From positions 186,001 to 250,000 of the forward strand of contig JAHLTZ010000028.1 of NCBI GenBank assembly GCA_025786725.1: 64,000 nucleotides of DNA, in the 5' to 3' direction. The position numbers were made by a program, and so were the translations under genes. The notes under the pieces are model-generated. The model was not told where the DNA came from, made no database searches, and was given only the letters and a program-made list of their open reading frames with translations. Positions 41,827-54,660 of this stretch are shown in pieces. The DNA comes from Syncephalis fuscata S228. Lineage: Eukaryota > Fungi > Zoopagomycota. Each line of letters starts with the position of its first letter. Position 1 is the stretch's first letter.

Positions 41827-42912
41827 GCCATCCATACTTTTCCCCCTGGTCATTGGATCATCTTTATTCGTATGTGTTAATGTCATGTTTACAAAGACTA
41901 ATAACAACAACGACTACCATTGATATCAACTATGACCAATTATTACTATGAGCAATTATTAATGTTATTTATATGATTACATCAATTTGTATTTGTTATT
42001 TTTAATCACATGATAATGGTTGGTTGTTATAACCTGTATTTATAGTCTAGATTCAAATAGTTATTATTTATGGGTCCATCTAACATTGTATACAATTGTT
42101 GTTGAGGATCCAAACGATAGTTACTTATATTTACTTTAAGGACCACTAATCTCATCTCATCTTATATCCATTCTAGAACAATAACCAAACTCCGTCTCTA
42201 ATTATAGAATAGTTGTTACTGTTACTGGTTTGTATGAATGTTTATATGGATGGACAGATGACCATGGTGTTCATCATTGCATATCATTTTAAATAGCTAT
42301 CATTACCGCGTGTTGTCCTCTTTCGTTCTATCTTTTCTATATTCTATTTTCTTCTTCATTCATTGTAGTAAACAGTATTGCCACTACTGCTACTGCTACT
42401 GCTACTGCTACACTTTCTATTAACAATAACCATATAATATTGTAAGTGGTAAAGTAATCTATAATCTATCTTGGCATCACTGGTCCAGTCATCGTCTAGT
42501 CATCCCTTCTACTTGTTGTCATATGCAACATGGCTTGGCCTGTATTAAGTGATACACAACAGTAACTGTAACAATAATAGTAACTGTATGGAAGAGAGTG
42601 GTAGCAAGAAGTGCAGCCTAGCTGCATAGTAGAGGGCATAGCTATACAGATAGAGAGACACAGAGACACAGAGACACAGACACAGAAATACATTGTGAGG
42701 GGAAGAGAGAAAATATGTCGTAGTTGTGTAACACCGACAGTACACACAACTAATTATATTCTAAACATTGACTTACTTTCCTGTTATTATTACAATATTA
42801 TAATATTTCTATTATTTAAATTGTTTATATTTCATATATTTATGTCTATAGTATCCAAGCCTTATTCTAACCTCGATACCGTTTTATCGTCTGTCTTTTC
42901 CACCAAGCCTAT

Positions 42913-45900
42913 ATGAAGTTTGGTAAAACACTACTTAGGTCGCAAGTACCGGAATGGTCTCGGTAATCAGGACAACTTGTGCCAGCCACGGGGCTGACTA
43001 CTGACATACCTGTTACTTACTTGTCATTAGACACTATCTCCACTACAAGGCACTTAAACAGCTGATTAAAGCGGCCAGTGAAACGATATCAAAGACGGCC
43101 ACACCAAAGATACGTCGAGCCCATTCACCACTCCTATCGAACAATCCATCGAGACAGCGTCCTACAGTGCATCGCAGTCATAGTCAAACACTACCCGGCA
43201 AGAATGTACAAACATTTGAATCGGCCGATGCCGCGGTCATTGCTTTCTTCTATGCCCTAGACCGTGAATTGGAACGAGTCAACGACTTCTTCTCTTATAA
43301 GCGTACTGAGCTGGAGAGACGATTGGGTATACTGCAGGAGAAGGTGATGCGGATGCGAGAGACGAGTCATGGTAGACGTATTTCTATGTCTAGTATGAGT
43401 AACAATGGATTGGATAGTTCGAGTCATGAGGCTAATCGGCGTATCAGTGGTCTATTTGTACCACTTGGCCAACATGCCATCACTTCACCTGGTAATAGCA
43501 ATAATACTGGGCAAGAAGTATTAAGTGGCGGTGAAGGTGAAGATGATATTGATAGTGAACAAGCAGAAGTGGATGAATCATTAATTGCTGCTCTATTGGA
43601 GACTAAAGATAAGATTCAAAAGATGATGCGATTTGTTGAATTAAATCTACGAGGATTTGATAAAATATTGAAAAAGTAAGTATAACTATTAGTATATACC
43701 TATTTATATAGATGTTAATATAAATGATCATAGATTTGATAAGAATCTAGGTCGTCAAACCAGATCTTTATATATGGCCACACGGGTAAGTACCAGTTGT
43801 TATAACAATGACCATGATTAGTATTAGTCTAGGACTAGACTATATCTAATAATACCAATAATGATATGTCTATCTGTCAATAGGTTAAGCAATTACCATT
43901 TGCATCCAGTCTAGACTTTCGTAATATGTTAGCCACTGCAGATCGTCTACTTAATATGGTAGAATATCGAGTGGCTCAACGGGATGTAGCCACACGTCAA
44001 CGTAGTCAACGTATGATGCTCAAATCAACCGAAGAAGTGCCAAATCAAGCAGTTACCACCACCACCAGTAGTAGTAATATATTGGCTACATTGGCAAATC
44101 AATCAACAAGTAGACTAGTTAGACGAACAGCCAATCTATCAACAGAGGAATATAACCAACTATTGACAGCTATAGAAGCAGATGATGTTGAAACATTAAA
44201 GTGTCAGCTTGATATGGCCAAATCAAGAATAGAAAAGGAAAAGATGAACGAAGATACCGAAAGAGCATTTTATAAGGTAAATAGATAAATAGATAAATAG
44301 ATACTATATTATAGTATTAATAATGTTTATTTAGATTACTACATCTTTGTTGACTAAAGCATGTCATGGTGATTGTATTAAATGTGTCGGTTTATTAATT
44401 GATTTGGGTGCAGGTGCATTGGCCAAAGATGATGTTAATGAACGTACATTATTGCATAAACTTGCCTTACATGGTGGTCGATTACCAGAGAATCCAGTGG
44501 ATCCAAACACTCGACGTGTTACATCAGATGGTGCAGCTGGTGCCGCCTATTTCTTTCCATGTACTTCACTGTCTAGAACCCGTGGATTACGTAGTCATAT
44601 TACACCGCCATCATCAGCATCTACATCAACTACGTCATCGGGTCCATTGGCCCCGGTAACTATTACTACAAGTGCCGTTAGTTCAGGTGATCCTGAATTA
44701 AGTACGATCAATGATGATCCTACACTTATTGAATTGGTACTTGAACAATTACCTACCTCGTTTGTTACTGATGCACCGGATATATTTGGTCGTCGTCCAT
44801 TGCATTATGCCGCGTTAAATGGATTTCCCCGTGTGGCCAGTGCACTTATTCACGACTTGCATCGACGACATACAGAAGGTGGTACACGTATTATTGATTT
44901 AAGTGCCGATGCCTGGTGTGACAATGAAGGATACACACCGCTGTTCTACGCTGTACTGCGTGGACATGCTGAAACAGTACGTGTGCTTATCGATGAAGGT
45001 GGTATGACGAACGTAGATGTACTCGTCGATGAGCCGGGCCGCGTCTCTTCCTCTATCAATTCATCACCGGCATCGATGAATAGCAAGACGGGTACATCAC
45101 CGCCTGTAGCATCTGCAGCGGCTGCTACTGCTGGTATTAGTGGATCACCTATTGCGCAGTATAATCAACACTATACACACACACCATTGATTCTGGCCTC
45201 CCGTCTTGGTTATGCCAATATTGTGCGTATATTAATCGAACGCGGGGCCAATGTCAATTTCTGTGACGGCGATAATGAGACATCATTGCATCAAGCAGCC
45301 CGTTATGGCTGTACGCATTGTGCCAGTCTATTAATTAGATGTAATGAATTAACGAGAGTGATTCCATCTATAAATAATAGTACACCTATTCAATTAAATA
45401 TTGGAGAGAACTATAATAATTGGACACCTTTATTTATTGCCGGTAAGTAAATAGATTAATCGCTGTAGCAGTGATTAATAGATTATTTGTAGTTGTTGAG
45501 GGTCATGAGAATATGGTTAGTATGCTGTTAAAGGCCGGTGCTGATGCCACTTTACTTGATAATTCGGGATGGACTTGTTATGAACACGCCGTATTCCGTG
45601 GCTATTTTGGAATTGCTAAATTATTACAATCATTTGCTCCGCCATTAATCGAACCAACCACTGCATTAACAACAGCAACAGCAACAACAACAACAACAAC
45701 AACAAGCGGCAGTGAAGTATCCACATCACCATTGCATCAAGATAATAGTAGTGAATCGGCTTCATCAGATATCGAAACGATAAATGATGAAAAAACAAGT
45801 GAATCGACCGATGAAACAACAGTTGGTCGTGCGTATGGACATCAATTTTTACTTGATCAATGTGAATTGATTATTACACTTGGTTCAAGTGATATACGAA

Positions 45901-47692
45901 GAGTCATTGATCCAATAGAGTTAGAGAATACATTGATTCCGTTAACATCAATGATGCCCGGTACAAGTGTATCGTTGATTGTACATGCCGCCAATGCATT
46001 GGGTGAACCGGCTGTACTGGATCTGCCATTAAGAGACGAAGATTTAGAACCGATTGTATTTAGATGTCCATCGAATGCCGATCAAGTATTAGTGCAGTTT
46101 GATATTGTACCCACCTATCGTACGAATGATGAATTATTGGTAGGGCTACTGCTTTAGTGCCTTGTCAACCAGCCAGTGGTGCGGCACTCGCGGATAATAG
46201 TAGTTTGCAGAACTATACCGTGCCGATTATTGGATCACAGCGATTAGATATGCTGGGTAGAGTGAGATTTGAGACAATGCTAGTTCGTCCATTCAGTCAT
46301 ACGAATATGCATATTAATGCGCGTAACACCTACTGGCGATCCATAAGTACCAAGGTAAAAAAGATAATAATAACCAATAATAGGAATATGAATGATGATA
46401 TATAATAGGTTATTGGACATCGAGGGGCTGGTGCTAATCAAGCGGTGACAGGTCCGGCTAGTTTGCAGATTGGTGAAAACACAGTATTGTCGTTTATTAC
46501 AGCAGCATCACTAGGTGCTGAGTATATAGAATTTGGCAAGTAGTAACTAATTGGATGATGCGGATTATTAATGCTATGTTTAGATGTTCAATTGACCAGG
46601 GATTTGGTACCGGTTATTTATCACGATTGGACGGTTACAGAGACTGGTTTGGATATTCCAGTTGGCAAGTGTACATTGGAACAGTTTATGAGTATTCGTC
46701 CCCATGATGCATCTCTACGTAGTCCGCGTACATCACCGCCTAATAGTACAAATCATAAAGGGGCAGCGGCCCGAGTATTTGCAAAGTCACTATCACAAAC
46801 ACGAATGATGCATCGTCTTTATCGGCATCAGCATCGTCAACGGTGCCATCATCGCCGGCCACTTCAGATACACCGAGTGCGCAATTAATGCGTATGGAAC
46901 GATCAATGAGCTTAACAGAAATTCGTCGAGCTAATCAACGGGCCAAAGAGGATGAACATCGTCGTATGTTGGCCAAATCGCCACCACCAGGCAAGGTTAA
47001 AGGCAATAGTTTTGGCACTATTCAGGCACCCTTTGCCACTTTACAAGAAGCACTAACGGTAAATAGCTGACTAAATAACTACTAGCATGGCACTAACCAT
47101 AATGAATGTATTGTAGCAAGTACCAAAGACCACAGGATTTAATATTGAAGTCAAATATCCTATGGTCGATGAAGCGGAGCCTGACCGGCTACGTCCAATT
47201 GATTTGAATACGTTTGTTGATCATGTTCTCAATTGTGTCTATACACATGCTGGTGACCGTAATATTCTATTCTCGTCGTTTCATCCGGATATCTGTCGAT
47301 TACTATCGCGTAAACAGCCCAATTTCCCTGTCTTCTTTTTAACAGATGCAGGTGTTTGCCCAATGGCTGATTATCGCTGTATGAGTGTACAACATGCCGT
47401 TAGATTTGCTAAATCGGCCGATCTATTAGGCATTGTTACTGTGTCGGACCCGGTAGTGGATGCACCTCGACTAGTACGCGCTATTAAAGAAACTGGCCTA
47501 CTGCTATTTACCTATGGTAAACGTAACAACGATGTTACGGCAGTTCGTGTCCAAGACAATACGGTGTGGATGCCGTCATTGTGGTAAGTAGTAGTAGTAG
47601 TAATTAGTATTACTATTATTAATAGTTAATTAAATACTAACATTTGTATATAGGATAAAGTGATGCTAATTCGTAAAGGATTGCAGAATTAG
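42913..47692 (+). CDS. GDE1: Glycerophosphocholine phosphodiesterase (SPX-ankyrin-GDPD), multi-exon; about 3 frameshifts
   Basis: SPX start MKFGK...VPEW and GFDKILKKFDK; ankyrin repeats; GDPD motifs VIGHRGAG, GENT, EFDVQLTRD, IEVKYP, FSSFHPD. Confidence 0.94.
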
Positions 47693-48629
47693 AAAGATAC
47701 TGGGTAGGATTTATACTTTTACTATTTAATCAGTATTAATCATTTAGATTAGAAATGGATTAACATCGTAAAGTTTATTTCATTTAATAAATTAGCTATA
47801 TTTTAATGCATATCAGTATATTATTATTGTTTTAAAGCTATGATGTGTAGATAGAGGTGTTTAGAAAAAGTATGCTTTATATAGTATATTGTTGTACGAT
47901 TCAAATAAATAGTTATAAATAATACTAGTGAAAAGATAATATTTTATTTAAAAGAACTGTGATCGTATGTGCATTATATTAAGCATATGTTGTCTGTATA
48001 TTTTAATGTAGAAATATTGTATATTATCTAAAATTTGTGGTCAGTTATACTTTTAGCTCAGTTTACGGCATTGTAAAATAAACTAGTTGCAACATATTAA
48101 TAGTTACAAATAAAAAAGTTGGTTTTATTCATTATTATTGCTAATTAAAGGAAACTAAGAATAAATATTTAAATAAATACTGTTATTGCTTTTGCTTTAA
48201 TTAACAGAGATATGTTTACTATTATTTTATAGTAAATATTAGTATAAATAAAACTTGCACTGTGTATATAGTTAATTATATGGTGGTAAATGGCATGAAA
48301 ATACTTGCTATTTCGATGGATAGTTGTCTATTTATTGTTATAATTAGGCATATGTTATCATTAATATACTTGCTTAATTACACGGCGAAGCAATGATATT
48401 AATTGCATAGTAGATATCACGTGATTATAATACTGTAATTATATATTATAATAATGTTATTTGCACAGCTGCTTATAAAAACATGAACAAGTTATATGTG
48501 CCACGTTATCATGTTAACAAAAAAGCTTAAATTAGATGCATAGAAACGGGTGTAAAATGGTCCCGAAACTCCGGAATGAATCGGCGCAGCTAACTAAATG
48601 GGGTATAAGGGCATATCAAAGCAGCAGTC

Positions 48630-48801
48630 TAATTGGCCAATCGATTTTGCACCCTGATATCAGCCAGTATCGTGCACTCGATGACGACTATATGTCTCGG
48701 ACATGTTCGGAGTAAACCAGCCATTTATGGTAATTTGCCAAGAATCCGCCGATGGTATGAACAAATGTCCGCATCCTTCCGTCGTTTTACTGCTATATAA
48801 A
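48630..48801 (+). promoter_or_regulatory. Pol II-type promoter (CCAAT near 48637; TATATAAA 48794-48801) followed by a pyrimidine-rich leader
   Basis: TATA followed by a CT-rich tract (48810-48960) like the 5' ends of neighbouring genes, but no convincing CDS follows. Confidence 0.45.
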
Positions 48802-48967
48802 CAAGCCTTGCCCCCGCCTCCCTCAGACTAGCCAGCATTTCTTTCTTCTTCTCTTTCTATCTTTCCTCGCTCGATACCACACTCCTTGCTCATAATATTA
48901 TTTCTTCTTACTACACCTTTACTCATTCGCTGTCTCCTCATTCCAAGATTGTCGCTTACTATTTTAC

Positions 48968-49820
48968 ATACTTAAGCTAAGTAATTGGTGTGGGTGGCGC
49001 AAGGCAGCGATGCCTTTTGACTTGCGATGGATAGCGCTCTGCCAGATATATAGTATAATAATACTATATAATAACTAGCATGTATTTTGACATGCAACAG
49101 AATGTGTTTCTGTATATCGCAGTCAACTGGATAGCTGTTTATTGTCCATTTAAGTTTGCTAGTGCTTGCGGATACATTGGTGGTGCTTGTTGGTATAGAC
49201 GCATCATCACAGCCACAGTATGTCAGATACTGGCAATATCTGAATACTGTGTTTATGTTGATATATTGCGCCACTAGTCTCACACATGCATGATTACTTG
49301 AAAGTGAATGATGATATATGTGATTCATATACACACGCACCTCATTTATTGACCATACCTGAGACGTGTGGTATATGCGGTACGGTATATTTACGGGTAT
49401 ATTGTCCATATATTGCACCCTCACAGTTGTAGGTGTGCGGCTAGTCTGGTGTGCGGGGTAGTGAATATGCTTTTTACGATGATCAATAGGCGTTAGAAAT
49501 CTCCATTGCGGTAGCCAAGTACAGGCTGGTTGCAAAACGCTAGTGATGAGCGATTGCAAAGTCAGGGGTTACTTGGTTCTAACGCCTAGCGATTTGGCCG
49601 GTATCCGTGATGCCCGTACCTAGTACTTTGGTATTTACGAGGACCGTTTCAAGTATTATTGATGCGATTGCTCCATTGGCATACTTGCTATATCGGTTCA
49701 CACGACAAATTGCTCATACTGTTTCAATAGATATATATCCAGTAAATATTTAGATTCATCAAGAACAGGACCACAAGACGCCACTTACTCATTTGATTTA
49801 GTATCGTATTGGTATTCAGG
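48968..49820 (+). ncRNA. Candidate long highly structured ncRNA (unknown family)
   Basis: At least 9 nested long-range helices plus local hairpins, many G-U pairs valid only on the + strand, a GCGA tetraloop, and paired 5'/3' ends. Confidence 0.55.
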
Positions 49821-49979
49821 TAATTATTCTATTAAATAAACATACACATTTTTTCTTGCAAATATCAATGCATTACAGCTGATTACGTTTAATGCAACTA
49901 CATCGCGCTATTCGTGTTAAAATGATACCAGTGATTTATTTAGTTGGTTGTTTTATGTTTGTTAAATCTATTACATTTA

Positions 49980-51165
49980 TATTAAACAGTTTATTAAGCA
50001 TTTATTATGATTTAAGGGTCAAATGACTAGCATTTACATACTTAAACTGTACATTTGTTCTATTGAACAAGATGATGGGTGGTGAGTGACATCAGTCATC
50101 AAATACTCATCATTGTAGATTCATTATCCAGTATGCATATATACTCTATTTACCTATATTATTCCCATTCTATCGTACACTATTGCATATTATTTATATC
50201 ATATTGAATACATTATATTGGATATAGCTTTAAATAAGTATAGTTTAATGAACACAATAAGCGAAATAAATTGAACTTTACTATTAATGTATCTAGAGCC
50301 AAACGGACAACGTTTCTGTACAGCTCACCGCTTTTACATAATAAAGCAATAGAATATTATAAACATATATAGACTAAAGTGACGATTAGCTGTGTTGAAG
50401 TTACTGAGTATATAGATTGACAAGCGAGATTAGTTGAACTCTATCAATAATACAGCTAGAACCAAAAGGACAGCTGCAATAGATAGCACGTAGCTATTAG
50501 ACAATAAAACAACAAAACAATATGGCGAATATACAGTATTGAGCGACGATTAGCTGTGTCGAAGTTATTGAGCATATATGCATAATCAATGACCGACATT
50601 AGTCGGCATTTATTAATAATAGTGCTAGAACAAAAATAAAAATAGCACTGGATAGAGGAAAGCTAGGCGAGTATAGAATGATACATAAAATAATAAATAT
50701 ATGGTAAGAAAGCATATAAAACGATGTTAAAGTTATAGTGCATATAATGCAATGAGGAGAATGAATAGAGTATATTGGAACATATAAACAATAAAATGGG
50801 TCTAGTGTATCATAGAACGGTATATATTAGTGTGGAACAGAATGGGAATGATATAGGTGAATAAAATATGTACGTGTACTGAGTATATGCATATTGATAA
50901 TAAATCTACAATAATGAGTAGTTTAAACTTTAATGTTATTCACCACCCATCATCATGTTTAATAGAACGAATGCGCAGTTCAACTATGTAAATGCTAGTC
51001 ATTTGACCCCAAATCACACTAAATGTGATGATGTGGTGATTAAATAAAACTCACCACTTGGCCCCATGTTCAATAGAACAAATGTGTAGTTCAATTGCGC
51101 GAGTGTTATTAAAAATAGTCATTTGGCCCCTAAATGACATTAAATGGTTAATAAATTGTTTATGA
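49980..51165. mobile_element. Foldback/MITE-like non-autonomous element with about 190-bp imperfect inverted arms
   Basis: 50008-50200 is the reverse complement of 50828-51016 (e.g. GGGTCAAATGACTAGCATTTACATA / TATGTAAATGCTAGTCATTTGACCC); a second partial arm at 51060-51165; internal direct repeats. Confidence 0.55.
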
Positions 51166-51238
51166 AAACAAGTTGTATAATAATGTAAAATGGCACAGCA
51201 TTTATTTTATAAGTCAATAACTAAAAAAAACACTTTAT

Positions 51239-53276
51239 TTATAACATGTATGCTTCGTATAAGCCGCCGTCAGTCACACCAATTCGACAAACGACGGTAC
51301 TTGATACGTGATATTTAGAGCGGGTTTCTTCTGAATTGTCTTCTGCGATTAATGCCGATTCTCTTTCAATGGGAACTAACGGCATAATTTCTTCGCTGCT
51401 GGTTTCCTCGCTGATTCTTTCCTCGCTGATTCTTTCCTCGCTGCTTGAAAGTGGTGTACTAGAAATACATTTTGCTGCTTTGTAGCTAAAACCAGTATTT
51501 GCATCAATAAAGCGACTTTCTCCATTTGCCCCATCAAGTACTGCAAATAGAGAGCCAAGAAAAGGAGTAATTCTTTTGTAAGATTGGCAAGAAATGGAAC
51601 GTAGCGTATTTCCAGTTTGAGCATCCAGCACTTCGAATGCTTCAAAATTATGGACCACAATCATCTTCTCACTGTATAGTTTTGTAATTTTATAACTATA
51701 TATATCCCGGGTCCATAATATATGTCCGTCCTGGCGGCCGACGATTGGTGATAGTTGGTCGTAATCTTTAAAGTCGTGTAATGATGTTGGTAGATTATCC
51801 GATGGATGTTCCTTTAATACGAACAACGACAAAGAAGCGGTAAATGTTAGGTCGTTAATACGTTGTAAACTATCATCTTCCTCGTATACTATGACTAAAC
51901 ACATTTTAGTAGTATATATTTCAGTCTTAACGGTAAGTTTGGGACGATATGGAATCAAAATGTTTCCATATGACAATGGTTTATACCAAAACTGATCATA
52001 CAGTGTATCAAACAAGTACCAACGGAGGCGCTGTGATCGAGTATTGACAGCTTCTACAACCCCTGGTACTACACTCCATAACAAAAACTGGCATCGGTTG
52101 CGAGAAGCAAACTGGATGCTAACAGATGACGGATTCTTGAATATAATTGGAATTGTTATCCAACAACTTTGGCTTACATTAAATACACCAAATTTATGCG
52201 ATTGTCGTGCATCGGTTGTACGTAAAATCATCCAGTCCTTATGAATGGCCTCCAGTTCAGGCCTTTTTTCTAGGCTGGCTTCAGCATTACCACCTAGATA
52301 AATAAGGCTGGGACGCATTCTCCCAGTATACGGCCATACAATAATGGCATGTCGACCGCAAATGCCTCGTTCCTTTGAAGGTGTAGGAACCAATGAACTT
52401 GTAGAAGCTTCACCAAAAGCAGAATAAACCTTAAGCCCTTTATTGGTGTTTAGCTTTCTCATTGCATTTGTATCTACTGTTTTTAATAACATTAGAAATT
52501 ATTATTATAGTGATTAATATTAATTAGCATTACTTACATACTGGGTCGCCAAATAGTACAGATTCTATATCAGCGTATGTATTGATATACAGCTGAGCCA
52601 CAGCAAATCGGGTTGTTCCATAAACGGAGTAAATGGAAGGCTTGTCACCAAGTAATCTTGGCAAAACATTGGTTAATTCTTGTTGAGCCATTATCTTACT
52701 TTGCCCATCATTTTCGCTGATCATATAATGGGCAATTGACCACACTTTTGCCTTTTCTTGATCCCATATCAATGCATTCCAGGGATTTAAATTGACTATT
52801 TCTAGTCGACGACCTTTTCTGACCGATAAATCACATTCTTGTCTGTTGAATCTGCCTATCATCAAGTTGTGCTCCGTCTTCTTGCGTCGTAAATACGCAC
52901 GAAACCATGAAACGGTTTCAAGGCGGGGAATTAATGATTCATCATTAGCATCATTGCCGGTAGTGGCTTCAGCAGATGGTGATCGCTTTCGTTTCTTCTT
53001 ATTTTCACCTGGCACAAGTGGATCTGATTCCGATGTAGAATCAGAAAGCCAAATGAACCATCTCATCCACTCTTGTTCACGTGGATCTCCCAAACAAAAG
53101 TTATCCACGTACTTTTGTTTCCAGGGACTAGAATAGACAGATATCGTTTGATAAACTGTTCTACAAGTTCTTGCAAACGCCACAATTTGTAGCTCATCCA
53201 TATGGCTACATAATTCTAGTATGATGTCAGGAGTTTCCAAAATGCGCTCAATGTTGTTATTGATGTTTGATGACAT
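51239..53276 (-). CDS. F-box-like protein of a lineage-expanded family; one intron near 52480-52540
   Basis: N-terminal PDIILELCSHMDELQIVAFARTCRTVY...W F-box pattern; WFRAYLRRKKTEHNLMIG; NLS KKKRKR; beta-rich C-terminus. Confidence 0.7.
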
Positions 53277-53482
53277 TTTGAGTAAAATTGATTTAAAAAA
53301 CTTTGTTATTTGATAAACAAATAAAGCAATAGCAGTGGATATAGATATTTGAATAATTGGAAGTGTAAAGATTTGGATAACTGCAAAGTAATTTACTTTA
53401 TTTATAGTATGATGGCAACATAATTGCGTATGCATATTGAAGCTCTGTGAATATTGTTCTGATTTATCTATAAATAGTATGC

Positions 53483-53632
53483 CATTGTTCTTTCTTGTTT
53501 GTCAATAGACTGCATATTGTAGTGGCATTGCTCTTTCTTGTTGGTCAATCGATTGCATATTGTAGTGACATTGTTCTTTCTTGTTTGTCAATGGACTGCA
53601 GATTGCAGTGATATTATTCTTGCTTGTTTGTG
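53483..53632 (+). repeat. 43-bp minisatellite, about 3.5 copies
   Basis: Unit CATTGTTCTTTCTTGTTTGTCAATAGACTGCATATTGTAGTGG starting at 53483, 53526, 53569, 53612. Confidence 0.9.
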
Positions 53633-54189
53633 ATATTACTATATTTGGTAATTATAAATTATTAAACTTTTCACGCTCAATAGTCAGATCTACACACTTT
53701 TTAGCATATTCTAAGCGCCTTTTTATTACGCAAAGAACAATAATGTATCCGATTACTTTTATTATCTGTAAATAGTATCTAAGTTCTTTTAACTCATATT
53801 TTGCGTATTTACATATGCCTATAACTTTTATTGTATTTTTATAGTATCATTATGATTTATGCAAATAATATTAACTATTTAGTAAGCTAATTTTTTATTC
53901 ATTTCTATTATTGTTATTAAACACGCTATATTTTTACAGTTATTTATGCTTTATCAGTGTATAACATTATAATATACGCTAATTTATTATAGATTGGATG
54001 TGTGCTATTTAGAGTCGCTGTCCATTTGGCTCTGGCTCTACTATTAATAAACTTTTACTTATGTTATTTATTTTGCTTATTGAGTTATATTGATAGAACA
54101 AATAATACAGATGTGTTGTTACAATTCTGACATTATAGCTATACTGCTATAATATTATGATTAGAAATTATATTTTGTGCCAAATAATT

Positions 54190-54365
54190 TTTATTATTTT
54201 AACACATTCGTTATTATATTAAATATATATCCATGATAATAAGTGTTTTTTGGGATATAAATGACTTTTTATTATATTTAATTAATTTTTAATACATTCG
54301 CTATTATACTGAATATATGTTGTATAATAATGAGTACTTTTGGGTGTAAATGACTTTTATTCATT
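54190..54365 (+). repeat. About 90-bp degenerate tandem duplication
   Basis: TTTTAAYACATTCG...TTTTGGG..TAAATGACTTTT at about 54197 and 54287. Confidence 0.75.
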
Positions 54366-54504
54366 TACTATTATTCTGTTCTATGATGTATTGACATGTT
54401 GGATAGATTGACTTTTATTATTTACACTCTGCTTGTTAATAAATTAAACTCGCTGTTTATAAATATTGACTAACAGGCTCACATCTCACAATTTACGTCA
54501 CTAC

Positions 54505-54660
54505 ACTTTCTTTTTCTTTCTTCACACTTGACAGCATATACCATTGCATATACTTGTACACTCCATATATACTAATTAGATAGTGTCAGTAGTTGACTGA
54601 TTACTAGCTAGATACAAACACCTTCTACACTATGTACTTGCATTGCTCTTTTGCAATTGC
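54505..54660 (+). repeat. Dispersed repeat, copy 1
   Basis: Shares exact TTAGATAGTGTCAGTAGTTGACTGATTA and similar flanks with 59065-59205. Confidence 0.8.

Noticed and set aside
48972-49559. 195-aa minus-strand ORF
   Set aside because: TTG start, no motifs, His/Tyr/Ile bias expected from the antisense of a GU-rich strand; promoter-like signals point the other way.
49694-49742. Group I intron R/S-like strings (GTTCACACGACAAAT; AGATATATATCC)
   Set aside because: The P7 helix (GACTA/TAGTC) cannot form and no P/Q elements were seen.
53483-53632. CRISPR-like periodicity
   Set aside because: No unique spacers, no cas genes, eukaryotic context; it is a minisatellite.
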